A model generated the notes under the pieces. It had not been told where the DNA came from and made no database searches. It was given only the letters and a program-made list of their open reading frames with translations. The position numbers and the translations under genes were made by a program. Below, piece after piece: positions 26,418 to 40,739 of a DNA stretch of 64,000 nucleotides (position 1 is the first letter of the stretch; each line of letters opens with the position of its first letter). Origin of the DNA: Octopus bimaculoides (Eukaryota); the NCBI RefSeq assembly GCF_001194135.2, contig NC_068994.1:38325134-38389133 (forward strand). The letters run 5' to 3'.

Positions 26418-26764
26418 TTAATGTAATGGTGTGGTGTTGTTTGGTGTAGATAGAATAGGTACCTGAACTATTGAAGGTACCTTTGGTAGTGTTGTTACTT
26501 TAGGTACAGCTGGTAGAGGTGGTTTATTATTTGAAGTAAAGAGACTTGTCATTGGCATTGTAGATGGTTGTTCAGTTATATGAGATGTGGTACCAGTTAT
26601 ATTCAAAGGTATTTGGTCAGGATGACAGACTGTGTTAGTATCAACGTTTGGATGGTAAGTATATCCATGGCATCCATTGTTATTATCTCCCCTCGATCTA
26701 TCCAGTGAATGTGAAAGTTGTTTTCTCCTATTCCATTTATGTTCAATTTGGTAACGACACAGAT
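26418..26764 (-). CDS. P2 last coding exon (DLCRYQIEHKWNRRKQL...KPPLPAVPKVTTLPKVP...TTPLH*)
   Basis: Acceptor tctag|atctg; open in phase 1 through to TAA at 26418; continuous with listed ORF 26418-26606. Confidence 0.85.
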
Positions 26765-27094
26765 CTAGAAATATATAGATTTATAGGTTATCTGATGCAA
26801 TGTACTGTTAACAGAATGGAGAACATTACATTTTTCTAGCCATGAAAATAAAGAAGTTCCCTCTGCAACCACATGGTTTCAAATTCAGTCTCACTACTTC
26901 GTACCTTGGGCAAATTTGTTGAACAGATCAACTAAAATTTTACAAGCAGGTTTAGTGGACGGAAACTAAAAGAAGCTCGATCAGTCTGTGTTCATGAATG
27001 CACGTGCGCGTGTGTGCACGCGCATGTGCATTTATCTTCTATAGTCACTTCTATTGTCAATAAATTATTCCCCTGATCTGAGCCTTCAAAAACA

Positions 27095-27320
27095 TGTGTT
27101 TTCTGCACATTTTCAGTGTTTATTGCCCATGAGCATTTTCCACATACAAAATCTATCTTCCCATTTAGCTTTCCTTTGATATTGTTGCAACTCTTATGTA
27201 TCAATAGCTTACACCAGGTACATATGGAGTTTCTACCTGTGCCTTTTCTACAGATCGAGCAGGGTCATCTACCTGAAGGGATATGTGATTTGTCTGCCTT
27301 CCTACTTATTATGCAGAAAT
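27095..27320 (-). mobile_element. Short RTE LINE fragment (Cys-rich insert region) in P2 intron
   Basis: ORF 26992-27204 carries IKGKLNGKIDFVCGKCS..INTENVQ, similar to 13900-13990 and 16200-16330. Confidence 0.7.
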
Positions 27321-28300
27321 AATTTCTTTATGCAAAAGAATAGCCATTAAAGTATAATCATAAAAATATAATTATAATCAAGGGTGATGGAGGGACAGCG
27401 TCTGTATGCTAGAAATAGGCATCAAACAACTACAAACAACTAGTGGTTTGACATCTATTTCTAGCATAAAGGCGCTGTCCCTCTAGGGCCCCTGAGTTTT
27501 CATTATGTTTTTACAATTTTGCTTTAAATATTAATCTAACCCATATGGTTTTTTTTGTACACAAGCCACTGATGAATCATTAATTAATGCCTATATCCTA
27601 ATTATGCATTAAATTATAAATATATATCAGATTTAGGAACATTCAGCTAATGTAGTATCTATATATCTCTCTCTCAATATATATATATATATATATATAT
27701 ATATCATCATCATCATCGTTTAACGTCCGCTTTCCATGCTAGCATGGGTTGGATGATTTAACTGAGGACTGGTGAAACCAGATGGCTACACCAGGCTCCA
27801 NNNNNNNNNNCTACACCAGGCTCCACTCTGATTTGGCAGAGTTTCTACAGCTGGATGCCCTTCCTAACGCCAACCACATACATACATACATACAAAATAT
27901 ATATAAATACACAAACACACAGATTTATTATACACACACACAAAGTTTTTCTTTTGGAAATTTATATTTTTACTTTTTGACTCACATGCACAAACATTGG
28001 TAGTAACCCTCCAAATGAAAGAGACATTTTAAAAGCAAAAAACAAGAGGATCTTCAAACTCGCTGTAGTAAAGTTTAGTTCTTTTTTAAAGGCTTCCATC
28101 AACAAAATTATATTACAAGTGTTAGTTTAGCTTGAAACTATAATTGTAATAGAAACTAGCTGAAAATGTTACACACCAGGATCAAACTCAATATTTCAAC
28201 ATTGCTAATTAAACTTCTTATCTACTCAATCATGCCAGTGTCTTATTATAAACATTAGCAAACTCTAATAATTTGGAGAAAAACAATTATTCTAACTTAC

Positions 28301-28451
28301 CTGGCAGTACCTCATAATGTCCAGCACTACCGACACTCCAGCCATGACCACTGTCAGTGTGAGAGGACAACGTTGACATTTCACTGATTTCGTCGGTACT
28401 GTTTAGCTCTCTGTAACCAGGAGACATACTTTCTTCTCTTGGAATAAACAT
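28301..28451 (-). CDS. P2 coding exon 2 (MFIPREESMSPGYRELNSTDEISEMSTLSSHTDSGHGWSVGSAGHYEVLP), 151 bp
   Basis: Acceptor tctag|ATG; donor ccag|gtaagt, phase 1; hand-translated. Confidence 0.85.
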
Positions 28452-28753
28452 CTAGAAACATAAAATAGATACATTGTATGCCATTATATTTCATCATGGT
28501 ATTATTGCCATTTATAATCTCTCATTTTGCTTTTAAGCTGAAATATTCTAGAAATCCTCATGTGAGTCAGTAAAGAAAATTAAAGAGTAATTTAGAATCT
28601 ACATTTTTAAGAAAAGAATTAAGCAAATGGAAAAATAATTTTTCTTTTATATTCTGCAACACAGCTTCAAAGGTTCTTGGTTAATTACAGCCAGCTTTAT
28701 TGTTAACACTGGAATGTTGAAAGGAGAAATATTTTAAAAGAAAATTATCTTAC

Positions 28754-31234
28754 CTGTTGATGATGTCTTAATGTTGGGTTATCCCATCTTTCACCTGGCA
28801 TGGTTCTGTAGTGAATATCTTCTCTATCTACCATTGGTTGTTGAGATTTCTTCAGGTTTTTCTCTATTGTGTACTGAACTCCAGGAGGAACACAAGTAGG
28901 ATCAAATGTGTATTTTGATTGGATGTTTAATGTAGGCGTAACTTTATGGTACATATCAACACTATTATAGTTGCTATCTGTCTGCTTCAGTCTATGAACT
29001 ATACAGATTGTTATAGAGATCACTATAACAATTGATACTATCACAGCTNNNNNNNNNNNNNNNNNNNNNNNNNNNNNNNNNNNNNNNNNNNNNNNNNNNN
29101 NNNNNNNNNNNNNNNNNNNNNNNNNNNNNNNNNNNNNNNNNNNNNNNNNNNNNNNNNNNNNNNNNNNNNNNNNNNNNNNNNNNNNNNNNNNNNNNNNNNN
29201 NNNNNNNNNNNNNNNNNNNNNNNNNNNNNNNNNNNNNNNNNNNNNNNNNNNNNNNNNNNNNNNNNNNNNNNNNNNNNNNNNNNNNNNNNNNNNNNNNNNN
29301 NNNNNNNNNNNNNNNNNNNNNNNNNNNNNNNNNNNNNNNNNNNNNNNNNNNNNNNNNNNNNNNNNNNNNNNNNNNNNNNNNNNNNNNNTTTGAAATAAGT
29401 GTTTCTCATTACCTCTGAGTATTTCATATGTGAGGAAGGCATTGTGTTGACTGTCTCTGTCAGAGGCCCTAACAACTATGATATCATGGTCAGAGTGGGG
29501 ATGGTAGTGGACATTAAGACTGAAAGGGTTAACATTAGGGAAACTGAAATAGGGAGCATTATCATTTAAATCCATAACCTCAACAACAACATTTGCTGTG
29601 TTCTCCAGTGATGGTGTTCCTTTATCTTTTACTAAAACCTTAAACTCATACATGTTCTTTTCTTCTCTGTCTAGTGACTCAGTTGTGGAAATAAATCCCA
29701 CATCAGATATCTGAAATGGTAGAATATCTTTTCCATTCGTCAACAGAGAATAGGTTAATTGTCCTCCATCTCCAATATCTGGGTCTGTAGCATTGACTTG
29801 TCCAACCGGGAAGGCTTTGTGTTCATTTTCATAGGTGAGAAACTTAAATATGTCCTGACTAAACTGAGGTTGTACATCATTTATGTCAGTGACCTCTATA
29901 GAAAACTGTCTCTCTACTTTTAATGGAGGTAAACCATTATCTTGACATTTAATGGTGAAATTAAATCTCTTCTCACTCTCTCTATCTATTTCACTCTTTA
30001 CAACAATTCTGTATTTCTTTTCAGACATTGAGATTAACTGAAGGTATTTATTTTGTAAATGACATTTCACTTGTCCATTTACGCCATTGTCATTGTCAGT
30101 AACTTTAACATATGAGACAAAGCTGTGACGTTTTGCTGCTTCTGAAATTACAGCTGTGTTTCCAGTTGACTCTATAACAAATTTGACTTTGATTTTGGGA
30201 GGATTGTTAAGGTGACTGATTCCAGTTACAAGAACAGTAGCAGCTGAAGACCTAGGAGTGTTATCATTATCTCTGGCTTCAACAATTATTTTGTAGGATT
30301 TTCCAAACTGAAATTCTTTTGTAATAAAGACGTCTCCAGTTACTTCATCTAATTTAAAACATTGTTTAAAATTACTTGGTGTTTTAGCATTAAACACATA
30401 AGAAATTCTTCCATTTTCCCCTGCATCTAAGTCGGTAGCAAACAACCTTACAATAGGTTTGTTTATTTCCTGTGTATCGTTTATAGTGACATTGTAGATA
30501 TTCTCTGAGAATATAGGAGAGTTATCATTTTCATCCACCACCAATATTTTTAAATTCAATGATCCTTCCTTTGGTGGAGATCCACCATCTGTGGCAATTA
30601 ACTGAAGATAATAAATATCCTTTGTCTCTCGGTCCAAGTTTTCTTCTAAAATCAGTTGCAGAAAATCATTGCCATCTGTTTTATTAGAAACCAACAATTT
30701 GAAAGGAATATTTTCTTCTTTGAGTCGATAAAATAGTTTAGAATTTTGAATACTGATATCATTATCAATTGCATTTGGAATTATCTTTCTTCCTAAGGAT
30801 ACATTTTCGTCAAATTGCATATTAACATCCTTGCGAATAAACATCGGATAATTATCATTGACATCTTCTATTATAACTTTGATTTCTAATATCCTGATAA
30901 CAGAATGGCCATGTTGAATAGCTATTTCTAATATCCTGAAACATTCCACATTATAATGACATAGAGTTTCTGCATCCAATATGGCAGCTGTATATATTTG
31001 TCCTCCGGGTGTAACATTAAACAACTGAACACTTCCATCTGTATTACCCTGGAGTATTTTAAATTTCAGTATGTCGCTGTTATCTTGAGACTGCATATTA
31101 TCCAGTAAATGTGTATCACTGACAATATCTCCAATATAACTGTGTATATCATTGTTCTCTTTCACATGGTAGATATGATCTACACACTGGCAGCTGCCAG
31201 CCATCAACAACATCAACAATACCACGGACAACAT
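28754..31234 (-). CDS. PCDH: Protocadherin P2, large coding exon (gap in EC6)
   Basis: ORF 28745-31297 with six-EC architecture and TM; acceptor ttttcag| at 31339; likely ATG 31234 (an in-frame ATG also at 31297); donor CAG|gtaag at 28754. Confidence 0.93.
29049..29388. other. Assembly gap; others at about 9924-10096, 27801-27810, 39160-39169, 44424-44544, 46032-46262, 53699-54126, 55335-55715, 62124-62718
   Basis: N runs; four of nine fall in EC5-EC6 coding sequence of P2-P5. Confidence 0.98.
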
Positions 31235-31435
31235 GGTTATAGTCTTCAATTCTAGTTTCAACAGGAATATATATGGACAATGATGTAAAGAAAACATCTA
31301 TCAATTATTTCTTGCTTGGTGAAATTGCTTTGCTTTATCCTGAAAAACATATATATTTTATATCGGTAAGCGAGAGGAAATTATGAAAACTTACATCAGT
31401 GGTATAAAATATATCAGTTATACAATCATTTAGGC

Positions 31436-31684
31436 CAGGGGTTTTCAAACTTTTTGACTTGCGGACCCCTTTATATTTCAGGCTTTACCTTAAGGACCCC
31501 CTTATAAACGCTTATGAAATTGATACATAAATATTTGCTTAAAATAACATTTTTACATTTATTTATTTAACAGTATTTAACAAATAGGTTTATTGTCAAT
31601 TAAAAGATTTCAATTAAAAAACATATATAAAATCAAATTGCCCATAAAAAGTATTTGCTGCGGACCACAGTTTGAAAACCCCTG
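31436..31684. mobile_element. hAT-type MITE (249 bp) in P2 leader intron
   Basis: TIRs caggggttttcaaact / agtttgaaaacccctg; exact 8-bp TSD atttaggc at 31428-31435 and 31685-31692. Confidence 0.85.
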
Positions 31685-32556
31685 ATTTAGGCCAATATGT
31701 CTGTCTTTTCCCCTGTCTCCTACTCTTTGAAGCTATCTTCATAACCTTTGATTTCACCTTGTTATTTGATAAAAGTGTTACAAGCAGACATTTTCCTCAA
31801 GGACAACAAAGTTCAATTCTGGGGCAAAAAAATATGACAGTGCTCATCAGATTTTGCCATAATTTCTTTTGTGTTTCATCATCCCTGAAATCATGAGCAT
31901 CAGTATTTATAAAACACTACCTGGTTTAACACCCTTATCTGGCATGTCATTACTTTAAAAGGGGTTCCATCTACTAATGATACTAATTCTTCTAAACCAT
32001 CTTATTCCTTGAAGAAATCAGTTTTAGATGTCCAGGTTGGGCGCTAGTTTCATTAATATCATTAATCTGAGTGTGACAAAGGCCTATGAGAGGCAGGTTC
32101 AAGCAGCACATTCATCTGAATCCCAGAGACCCAAGGGGGAAAAAAAAAAAAAACAGTGACCATCTATTTGGAGCCCCACCCTAATAACCTTTGGTTGAAC
32201 AATTCGATTCTGATACTTTTTTTATTTAAAGCTCAGGAGTTATTTTATCCAACTCTTATGCCAAGCAGCAAAGTTACAGGGATGTAAACAAACTGTAGTG
32301 AGAAACAAATACACACATATGCATTATATATATATGTGTGTGTGTGTATATATAATCCAAGAGAGTTAGTGGTTGACGATTCAACCCACTAAGGGATAGT
32401 ATCTATCCAATATACTGCTGGGAAGGTACCCAATTATTGTTATACCAAATGCAATAAGTGGGTGCGGGTAAAAAGGGGTTATTTTACCCTAAATTTATAT
32501 AGCAATGAGAAAATGGAGGAGAATATACTGCATATTCTCTTCCATTTTCTCATTGC

Positions 32557-32590
<34 letters not shown>

Positions 32591-33395
32591 CGCACACACA
32601 TGCACATACATGGCGATTTTCTTTCAGTCTTTGTCAACCAAATCCACTCACAAGGCTTTGGTCACCCCAGTGCTATAGTAGAAGACACTTGCCTATAGTG
32701 CCACATAGTGGTACTAAACCAGGAACCATGTGGTTAGGAAGCAAACCTCTTACCCGTTGAACATTTTTGAATTTTGAAAAGACACAATCACCACCCATCC
32801 CGAGGTCATGAAGTGGTTTTGTTTGCTGCAACAGGCCAAGTTTCTCTTAGTAGCTTTGAGGAGGAACGGCAAAGGATATGATCATTATTCCAACTATCCC
32901 AGCAAGTAGCATAAAACAAAACAAAAAGAAAACATTACTTCACGTAATCTGAGTTATTGCCCTTGGATACTGACCTACAAGAAATAATACTATCAAAAAA
33001 AAAAAAAGTATGAAAATATTTTCTTCTCACATTCTAATTACTAATTAATAAATTATACCTAACGTTAATTTCTAATTAAACATTAATTATTCTATTCATA
33101 GATCAACTTTCCATAATTCTGAAATTGTTTGTAACAGTGAAAAATAATTTATTGAAATTATATCAGTTTCTACACTTGAAAAGCTTTGATGAATATTATC
33201 TTCATTCCAGATTAGATTTCTGGAAATCATGATGAGACAGTAATATCTGTGAAAAATTGAAGCAATAGTATGTAAATTGTATCACATCCTCTATCTAACA
33301 GAATGGAGAACTTGTGAATAAATAAACCCTATTTTTTTTAAATATATAAATATTTACACATCAAATTATCAAAATAACTTTTAGTAAGTACTTAC

Positions 33396-33628
33396 CAACA
33401 GTCATTTGTTGTTTATATAGTTGTTACTGTACTGTTTCAGTGTTATGATAACAAAGTTGTAGTAGTAGCAGAAGTTTAGCATGTGTTAGTGTTATACAGT
33501 TCTATCAAGTTGGTTGTGTAGTATGTAATGTGTGTTGTAGCCAATGACAAGCTGTCTATTATTCCTATGCAAGGAAACGGAAGTACAGCCTCCAGTTTTT
33601 TTGCAGTTAATGATGGGCTGACTCACAT
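33396..33628 (-). promoter_or_regulatory. P2 leader exon and conserved promoter core
   Basis: Donor ctgttg|gtaagt at 33396; core ccaatgacaagctgtc...gcaaggaaacggaagtacagcctccag...gggctgactcac at about 33537-33628. Confidence 0.7.
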
Positions 33629-34482
33629 ACAATATCACTTAGGCCCACATACACGTGTGTGTGTGTGTGTGTGTTAGTAGAGTGTACATAAATGAACAAG
33701 GAAGAAATATCTAAAATGGAAAGGGTAGGCAATAAATTCAGTATGGAAAATGTTATTTCTAAGTAATGATTATATAGTTTATAAACAATATAAAAAAATT
33801 CATATTAGCAAGTTTACTTATGATACTAAATTGGCATAATCTGCAAAAAAAAAAAAAAAAAATCTATAAAATGAATGTAAAATTATTCACTATGAACTGT
33901 TTACATTAATAATAATATGCCAGGTTATCTAAAGAAACTTTTTAGAAAATACGAAACTGTGGCTGTCAATAAACAAATGTCTCTTGAGTAAAGATTTGTA
34001 TGATTGAAAACTGACTTAGTAAAATAAACTCAAAGAGTAATATTTAGGAATCATCTAAATACAAAGCTGTCATTTTAAATCAAAAGTGTACATTTAATTT
34101 TGAATGCAGTGACAGTTTCAAAATAATCATTAATATTTAAAAATTTTAGCAAGAAATAAGTACATAGAAACAACTAAGAAAGTAAACTGCAAAAAACTAT
34201 TTCTTTGCCAGGAAACTATAACATGGATCTTTAATTTTAGTATTTTCATTGATATCTTAAAATCTGGTAAAATGTTTGGGAGAAACCTGTTTTGACTAAA
34301 TGTTAGATGAAATATCAATAAGTTTCTAAAAATTACTATTTATGATGCACAATGAATACAAGTTCCATTGTGGAAGGAAATACTCCCATAATATAAATAT
34401 TTTCCACTAATTTATCCCATTCAGTGAATTCATTGCCTGTATTGTGTAAATGGTAGCTTGGAATATTCTTGAAATTGTATAA

Positions 34483-34802
34483 TTAGTTGTTTCTTGAAGG
34501 TAAAGGTGGAATTACCTCAGGTATTGAAAGTATGTTTGGTAGTGTTGTTACTTTAGGTACAGTTCGAAGAGATGATTTACAATCTGAAGTAAACTGACTA
34601 GTTACTGGTATTTCATATAGTGGTTCAGTTTGGTTAGATGTAGTACCAATTATAGTCAAAGGTATTTGCTCAGGAAAACTGGAAGTGTTAATACCAATGT
34701 CTGGTTGATAAGGATAGCCATTGTTATTACCTCCACTTGATTTCTTACGAGTGTATGGCAGTAGATTTCTCTGTGTATGATCACTTTGATAACCGTATTT
34801 GT
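34483..34802 (-). CDS. P3 last coding exon (DKYGYQSDHTQRNL...VPKVTTLPN...LPSRNN*)
   Basis: Acceptor ttttcag|acaaa at 34802; ORF 34483-34842; homologous to the last exons of paralogs. Confidence 0.8.
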
Positions 34803-37800
34803 CTGAAAATGCATAGATATATGAAAAGGTACTTTGAAACAAACAAACTTTGTTTTTTTATGAATAAAACTATCCAATACTTATGTATTATTTATGTGTA
34901 CTTGTGTATTTCTCACCAGTATATTGACAAAGTAACTGTTGAAGTAGTATTGAATTGCATCCATATTTACGTCATACTTAGATTTTATTTTTCCGTTATG
35001 GTTAAGTTTGAGGAAAAATTTTGGTCGGACAATTTGCATGTAGTGGACTCTAATGTGATCAAAGAAACTTCCAAATAACCTACATACTCTTATGAAAAGA
35101 ATCACCTCATCCTTCCCTTTGTGCACAACATCTTGTACATTGAGGGTTTGCTCTGGTTACCCATCACTACTTTTTTATCTCCTCCTCAACTACTTCCACC
35201 CACCCCTATATACAATGTGGGGTGGGTTGGAGTAGAGGAGAAAGAGATAAAAAGATGTAATGTGGCATACCAGAGCAAACCTCCAAGGTACAAGAAGTTG
35301 TACACAATATGAGGCAGCCATGTATCTCCTCTACAGCAAGGTACCTGTGCTTATCACTATCATACGTTAGCCTTTCAACATCTAGTGTAAAGCCACTTTT
35401 CCCTCTCAAAAACTAGCCCACCCTCACTTAAAAGTTCAGCTTTTTTTTGTATTCCATTTTTCCTTGTTCTTTTTCTGTTCTGCAAGATATTTGGCACCCT
35501 CACTAGTACCAGTTGCATGAGAAAAAGCAACCAGAATGCACTGTATTGTGGTTGGTATTAGCAATGGCATATAGCCTTAGAAATCAACCCAAAGTATACT
35601 CTATAACTCAGCACAGCCTCACAGCTTACTGGATCTTGTCAATTTATCCAATTCATGCCATCACTGATGACAGACATGAAATGATGATGATAATGTTCAT
35701 GGCATAGTTTTAGAAAAGCACAATAAGTATTAATTTCTATGATCACATCAAATGTCCACTTTTCCATGCTTGCATAGTTCAAACAGAATTTGTTAATGCA
35801 GGTATTCTATAATTGGATGCCCTTCCTTTTGCTAACCTTCACTTGTTTCTAAGCAATGTGATATTTTCCCACGACTGGACAAGTTTTCATGGAAAATTGG
35901 AAATGTATGACAACACGTGTATAACAGTGACTCGTTAACATCTACTATGAGATGTCTGGACAAGGAGACACAAACAGACACACACACAAATATACATAAA
36001 TACATGCATGCGTGTGCATGCAGGCAGACATATATGCATGATGAACTTCTTTCAGTTTCCATCAACTATAATCCACTCACAAAGCTTTGGTCAGCTAAAA
36101 CATTTAGTCAAAGACACTTGCTCAATGAGACTAAGTGGCATTCTGGTTGGGAAGTAAGCCTGTTAACCACACAGCCATGCTTATGCCTTGTGCTTACAAT
36201 GGTTATATTAGTCCACAATGATGAGAAGTAAATGAGTGAAAACCTCGGATGCCTCTTATAACTGAATATCACAGTTTACCAACATCATCCAACTAACAAA
36301 CTCTGAAAAGGTGTTTGACAGTGAATTTTATGCTAGTTGGAACCTCAAATAATCCCAACCAACATAAGCATGCAAAATACATGCAACAGTATTAGCTTAA
36401 TGATATCACAAGCTAGATAAATACAAAACATTTAGTGGACAGGTGTTGCACAGATACATAAATAGAATAGTAATGGAATAATATTATATAAATTACTCCG
36501 GTTATGAATTATAAATCTTATATTTCTGACTTCTGAATTCCCTTTCAACTCTCAGCTCATATATTCTGGTTTTGAAGGACCCTTTAAGCTTTTGTGTGGA
36601 TTACTAGGGTTTAATAGTATTGGAGACTGAATTGCAGCAATAATAACTGAAGATGATGATTTATTTGAAATATTACTACAAGGTAATGATCACATGGTCA
36701 ATCAATCATCTACAAAATGGAACAGCTAGTGATAGTGACCTATTGATAACATTATCAGGATTAGCAGATGAGTTTGGTGAAAGATGTTTAGCAGTTATTC
36801 ACTTGATGTTTACAGATAGTTTCCATGTTTAGATTTAATGCAGTTTCTGGACGTATGAATCAGCGACCAAATATTTGTGAGAAATCTCATTACATTGTTT
36901 TTGAAAATTAACTATTTGGTTAAACATTTGAAGAAAGTTTACAGCTATTTTTGCCAAATAATTTTTCCACAGAAAATCATGTATCAGAGCATTATAGCAT
37001 TTGAAAATAACCCTAAGCAAATATTAATCAAACTTTCCATTTGATTGACTGTAGCCTTTTAAAACTGATTTTTTAAAAAATGATGGTTTGCATAGTTTTC
37101 TGCTGCACTATTGAATTTTGAAATGAAGGAAGGAATTTCAACTTCCTTGTAGACAAGACAGTGTAACAAGTTAAATCTGGCTCATAGTCTGATACCATTG
37201 TCACTGGAATATCACACCAACAGACAGTGGAAAATGAACATTTCCTCAGGTTCCTACTGTAATGTAATGTTACATAAACAGACTTCAAAGTAGTGCCGAG
37301 TCAAATGTATTCAACAAATATCCAGTATTTTGTGTGCATACTCAATCCATATGTAACTTATCCTGGAGCTGTGACTGAGTCAATAAAAGGGCTACCATTA
37401 AAGCTGATTCTAGTGCACACACTCCACAAGATCTGATAAATTCTTTAACATTTCTACCAAGATTAGTTTACCAAGCACAAGCCCTTCTTACTTCAGTGTT
37501 TATTGCACAACTATGTGTGTCATGAACTGAAGAAAGAAGTATTGCATGGTAACATTCAGAAATAAATAGAATGGCTTTACGTGGAATAAAATTATTCTCT
37601 ACAAAGTATTCAGATGAATGACTTAAACATTGTCATTGTAAGACATAATTTCAACCAAACTTTTCCAGCAGTGTGATTTTTAAGCAAACATAAAGAGTAA
37701 TCTTTAAATCTTTAAAATGATTTTTGATGTCTTAGTCTGAACTTTAGCATAAATGAATTCAATGTCACTTTCTGACAATGAAAAGCATTTGTAAAATATC

Positions 37801-37810
37801 TCAAACTTAC

Positions 37811-37958
37811 CAGGCATTTCCTCAAATTGTCCAACACTACTGACGCTCCAGCCATGGCCATTATCATTGCAAGCTGATAATGGTGACATATCACTGAATT
37901 GGTGGGTGCTGTTTAGTCCACTGTAACTTGGAGACATATTTTCTCTTGGAACAAACAT
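37811..37958 (-). CDS. P3 coding exon 2 (MFVPRENMSPSYSG...DNGHGWSVSSVGQFEEMP), 148 bp
   Basis: Acceptor tttcag|ATG; donor cctg|gtaagt, phase 1; part of ORF 37704-37976. Confidence 0.85.
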
Positions 37959-38374
37959 CTGAAAACACAAATCCATAATTAGGATATAGTAAAAAGGGTT
38001 GAAATATATGCGATATGTTATATATAACTAAAATAATTAATAATGGTTTTTGAATTATGTACACAGCTAGCAATTTTGTTGGGTCGGGGTGAAACTTGTT
38101 CATAATAACTATTTTTTATTTAACCAACCTCAGAGAGATAAAAGGCAAAGTTGGTCTTGCCAGGAGAAATACAACAAAGCATTTTCTCTAACTAGCCTCT
38201 GACACTAAACCCACCAACCTGATGAACACATAATTATAATCGATTAAAAATATTAATACAAAATGCACATTGTAGATAGAGCAGTTGAATTCTCATAGTA
38301 ACATGCAATCAAATGAAAACATGAGAAAAATCTTTATCTACATTTCAGAGAAAAAGATACTGAAAGCACCTCAC

Positions 38375-40739
38375 CAGTTGATGTCTTCTTAAAGTCAGAT
38401 CATCCCATCTACCACCTGATATAGCTGAGTAGAGAAAAATTTTTCTGTACACCATTTCTTCTTCAGATTTCTTCAGATCTTTCTCCATTGTGTTCTGAAC
38501 TTCAGGAGCAACACAAGTAGGATTGGACGTATATCTTGATTGCATATTTAATGTTAATGTAGGTGAAACGTTGTGGAACATAGCTCTACTATTATAGTTG
38601 CTATCTGTCTGCTTCAGTCTATGAACTATACAGATTGATATAGAGATCACAATAACAACTGATACTATCACAGCTGCTATAACAATAACAATCATCACAT
38701 TCAATTGGAGACCATTACTTGATTCTGTTGTTGTCTTTGAAGGGGTCTTAAACATCTTTGTGTTGTTACTAACTGTTAGAGTCAAAGACAATGTTGTTGT
38801 TGATGAGAAAACTGGATTCCCACTGTCTTTCACACCTAATTCCAGTTCATAGAATCCAGCATCATTTTGGTAAAGTGAGCGAGCGAAAGATAAGACACCA
38901 GAGTGATGGTTCATTTGAAATAAGTGTTTCTCATTACCTCTGAGTATTTCATATGTGAGGAAGGCATTGTGTTGACTGTCTCTGTCAGAGGCCCTAACAA
39001 CTGTGATATCATGGTCAGAGTGGGGATGGTAGTGGACATTAAGACTGAAAGGGTTAACATTAGGGAAACTGAAATAGGGAGCATTATCATTTAAATCCAT
39101 AACCTCAACAACAACATTTGCTGTGTTCTCCAGTGATGGTGTTCCTTTATCTTTTACTANNNNNNNNNNGTGACTCAGTTGTGGAAATAAATCCCACATC
39201 AGATATCTGAAATGGTAGAATATATTTACCATTAGATAACAAAGAATAGGTTAATTGTCCTCCATCTCCAATATCTGGGTCTGTAGCATTGACATATCCA
39301 ACAGGGAAGTCTTTGTGTTCATTTTCATAGGTGAGAAACTTAAATATGTCCTGAGTAAACTGAGGTTGTACGTCATTTATATCAGTAACCAGCATAGAAG
39401 ATTCTTTCTCCACTGTCAATGGAGGTAAACCATTATCTTGACATTTAATGGTGAAATTAAAGCTCTTCTCACTCTCTCTATCTATTTCACTCTTGACAAC
39501 AACTTTGTATTTCTTTTCAGAAATTGAGATTAGCTGAAGGTATTTATTTTGTAAATGACACTTCACTTGTCCATTTTCTCCACTGTCATTGTCAATAACT
39601 TCGACAAAAGCAACAAAGCTGTGAATTTGAATTGCTTCTGAAATGAGAACTGTGTTTCCAGTTGACTTGAAGAGAAATTTGACATCAATGTTTGGTGGAT
39701 TATTACGATGTGTGACACCATTTACCTGAACAATGGCTGTTGAGGACATAGGTGTATTACCACTATCTCTAGCTTCAACAAGCAATTTATAGAATTTTCC
39801 AAACTTGAATTCTTTCGTTATGTGCATTTCTCCTGTTATTCCATCTAAAGTAAAGCATTGCTTAACTTTATTTTGTGTTTTAGCACTAAAAGCATAAGAA
39901 ATTCTTCCATTTTCCCCTTCATCTATATCTGTTGCAGACAGTCTTACAATAGGCTTGTTCATTTGATGTGTGTCATTTACAGTTATATTATAAATATTCT
40001 GGATGAATACAGGGAAATTATCATTTTTATCTTCCACTAATATCTTTATATCTAGTACGCCTTCCTTTGGTGGTGTTCCTTCATCTTTGGCAATTAACTG
40101 AATTCTATAGATGTCTTTTATCTCACGATCTAAGTTACTTTCTAAATTTAGTTGTAATAAATTACTTCCATCTGTTTTATTAGAAACAAACAATTTGAAA
40201 GAAATACCTTCATACTCTACGAGTTGATAAGAGATTTTAGAATTCTGAATACTAACATCATTGTCAATTGCATTTGGAATTATTTCTTTTGTTCCAGCCA
40301 ATGCATTTTCGTCAAATTGTATTTGAAATTCATTAATTGGAAACAATGGATAATTGTCATTGACATCTTCTATCATAACTTTGATTTCTAATATCCTGAT
40401 GACAGAATGGCCATGTTGAATAGCTATTTCTAATATCCTGAAACATTCCACATTATAATGACATAGAGTTTCTGCATCCAATATGGCAGCTGTATATAGT
40501 TGTCCTCCCTGTGTAACATTAAATAACTGAACACTTCTATCAGTACCACCCTGGTGTATTTTAAATGTCAGTTTGTTGTTGTCATCCTTCGTCTGTATAT
40601 TATCCATTAAGTGTGTATCGGTGACAATATCTCCAATATAGCTGTGTGTATCATTATTCTCTTTCACATAGTACATATGATCCACACACCAGTAGCTGTT
40701 AGCCATCAGCACCACAATCAACAAAATCATTGACAGCAT
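38375..40739 (-). CDS. PCDH: Protocadherin P3, large coding exon (10-N placeholder gap in EC5)
   Basis: ORFs 39147-40805 and 38345-39232 join across the gap; paralogs show about 40 nt missing there. Acceptor ttacag| at 40841; ATG 40739; donor CTG|gtgag at 38375. Confidence 0.92.

Noticed and set aside
39147-39232. P3 as a frameshifted pseudogene
   Set aside because: The frame break coincides with a 10-N placeholder; paralogs show about 40 nt belong there.
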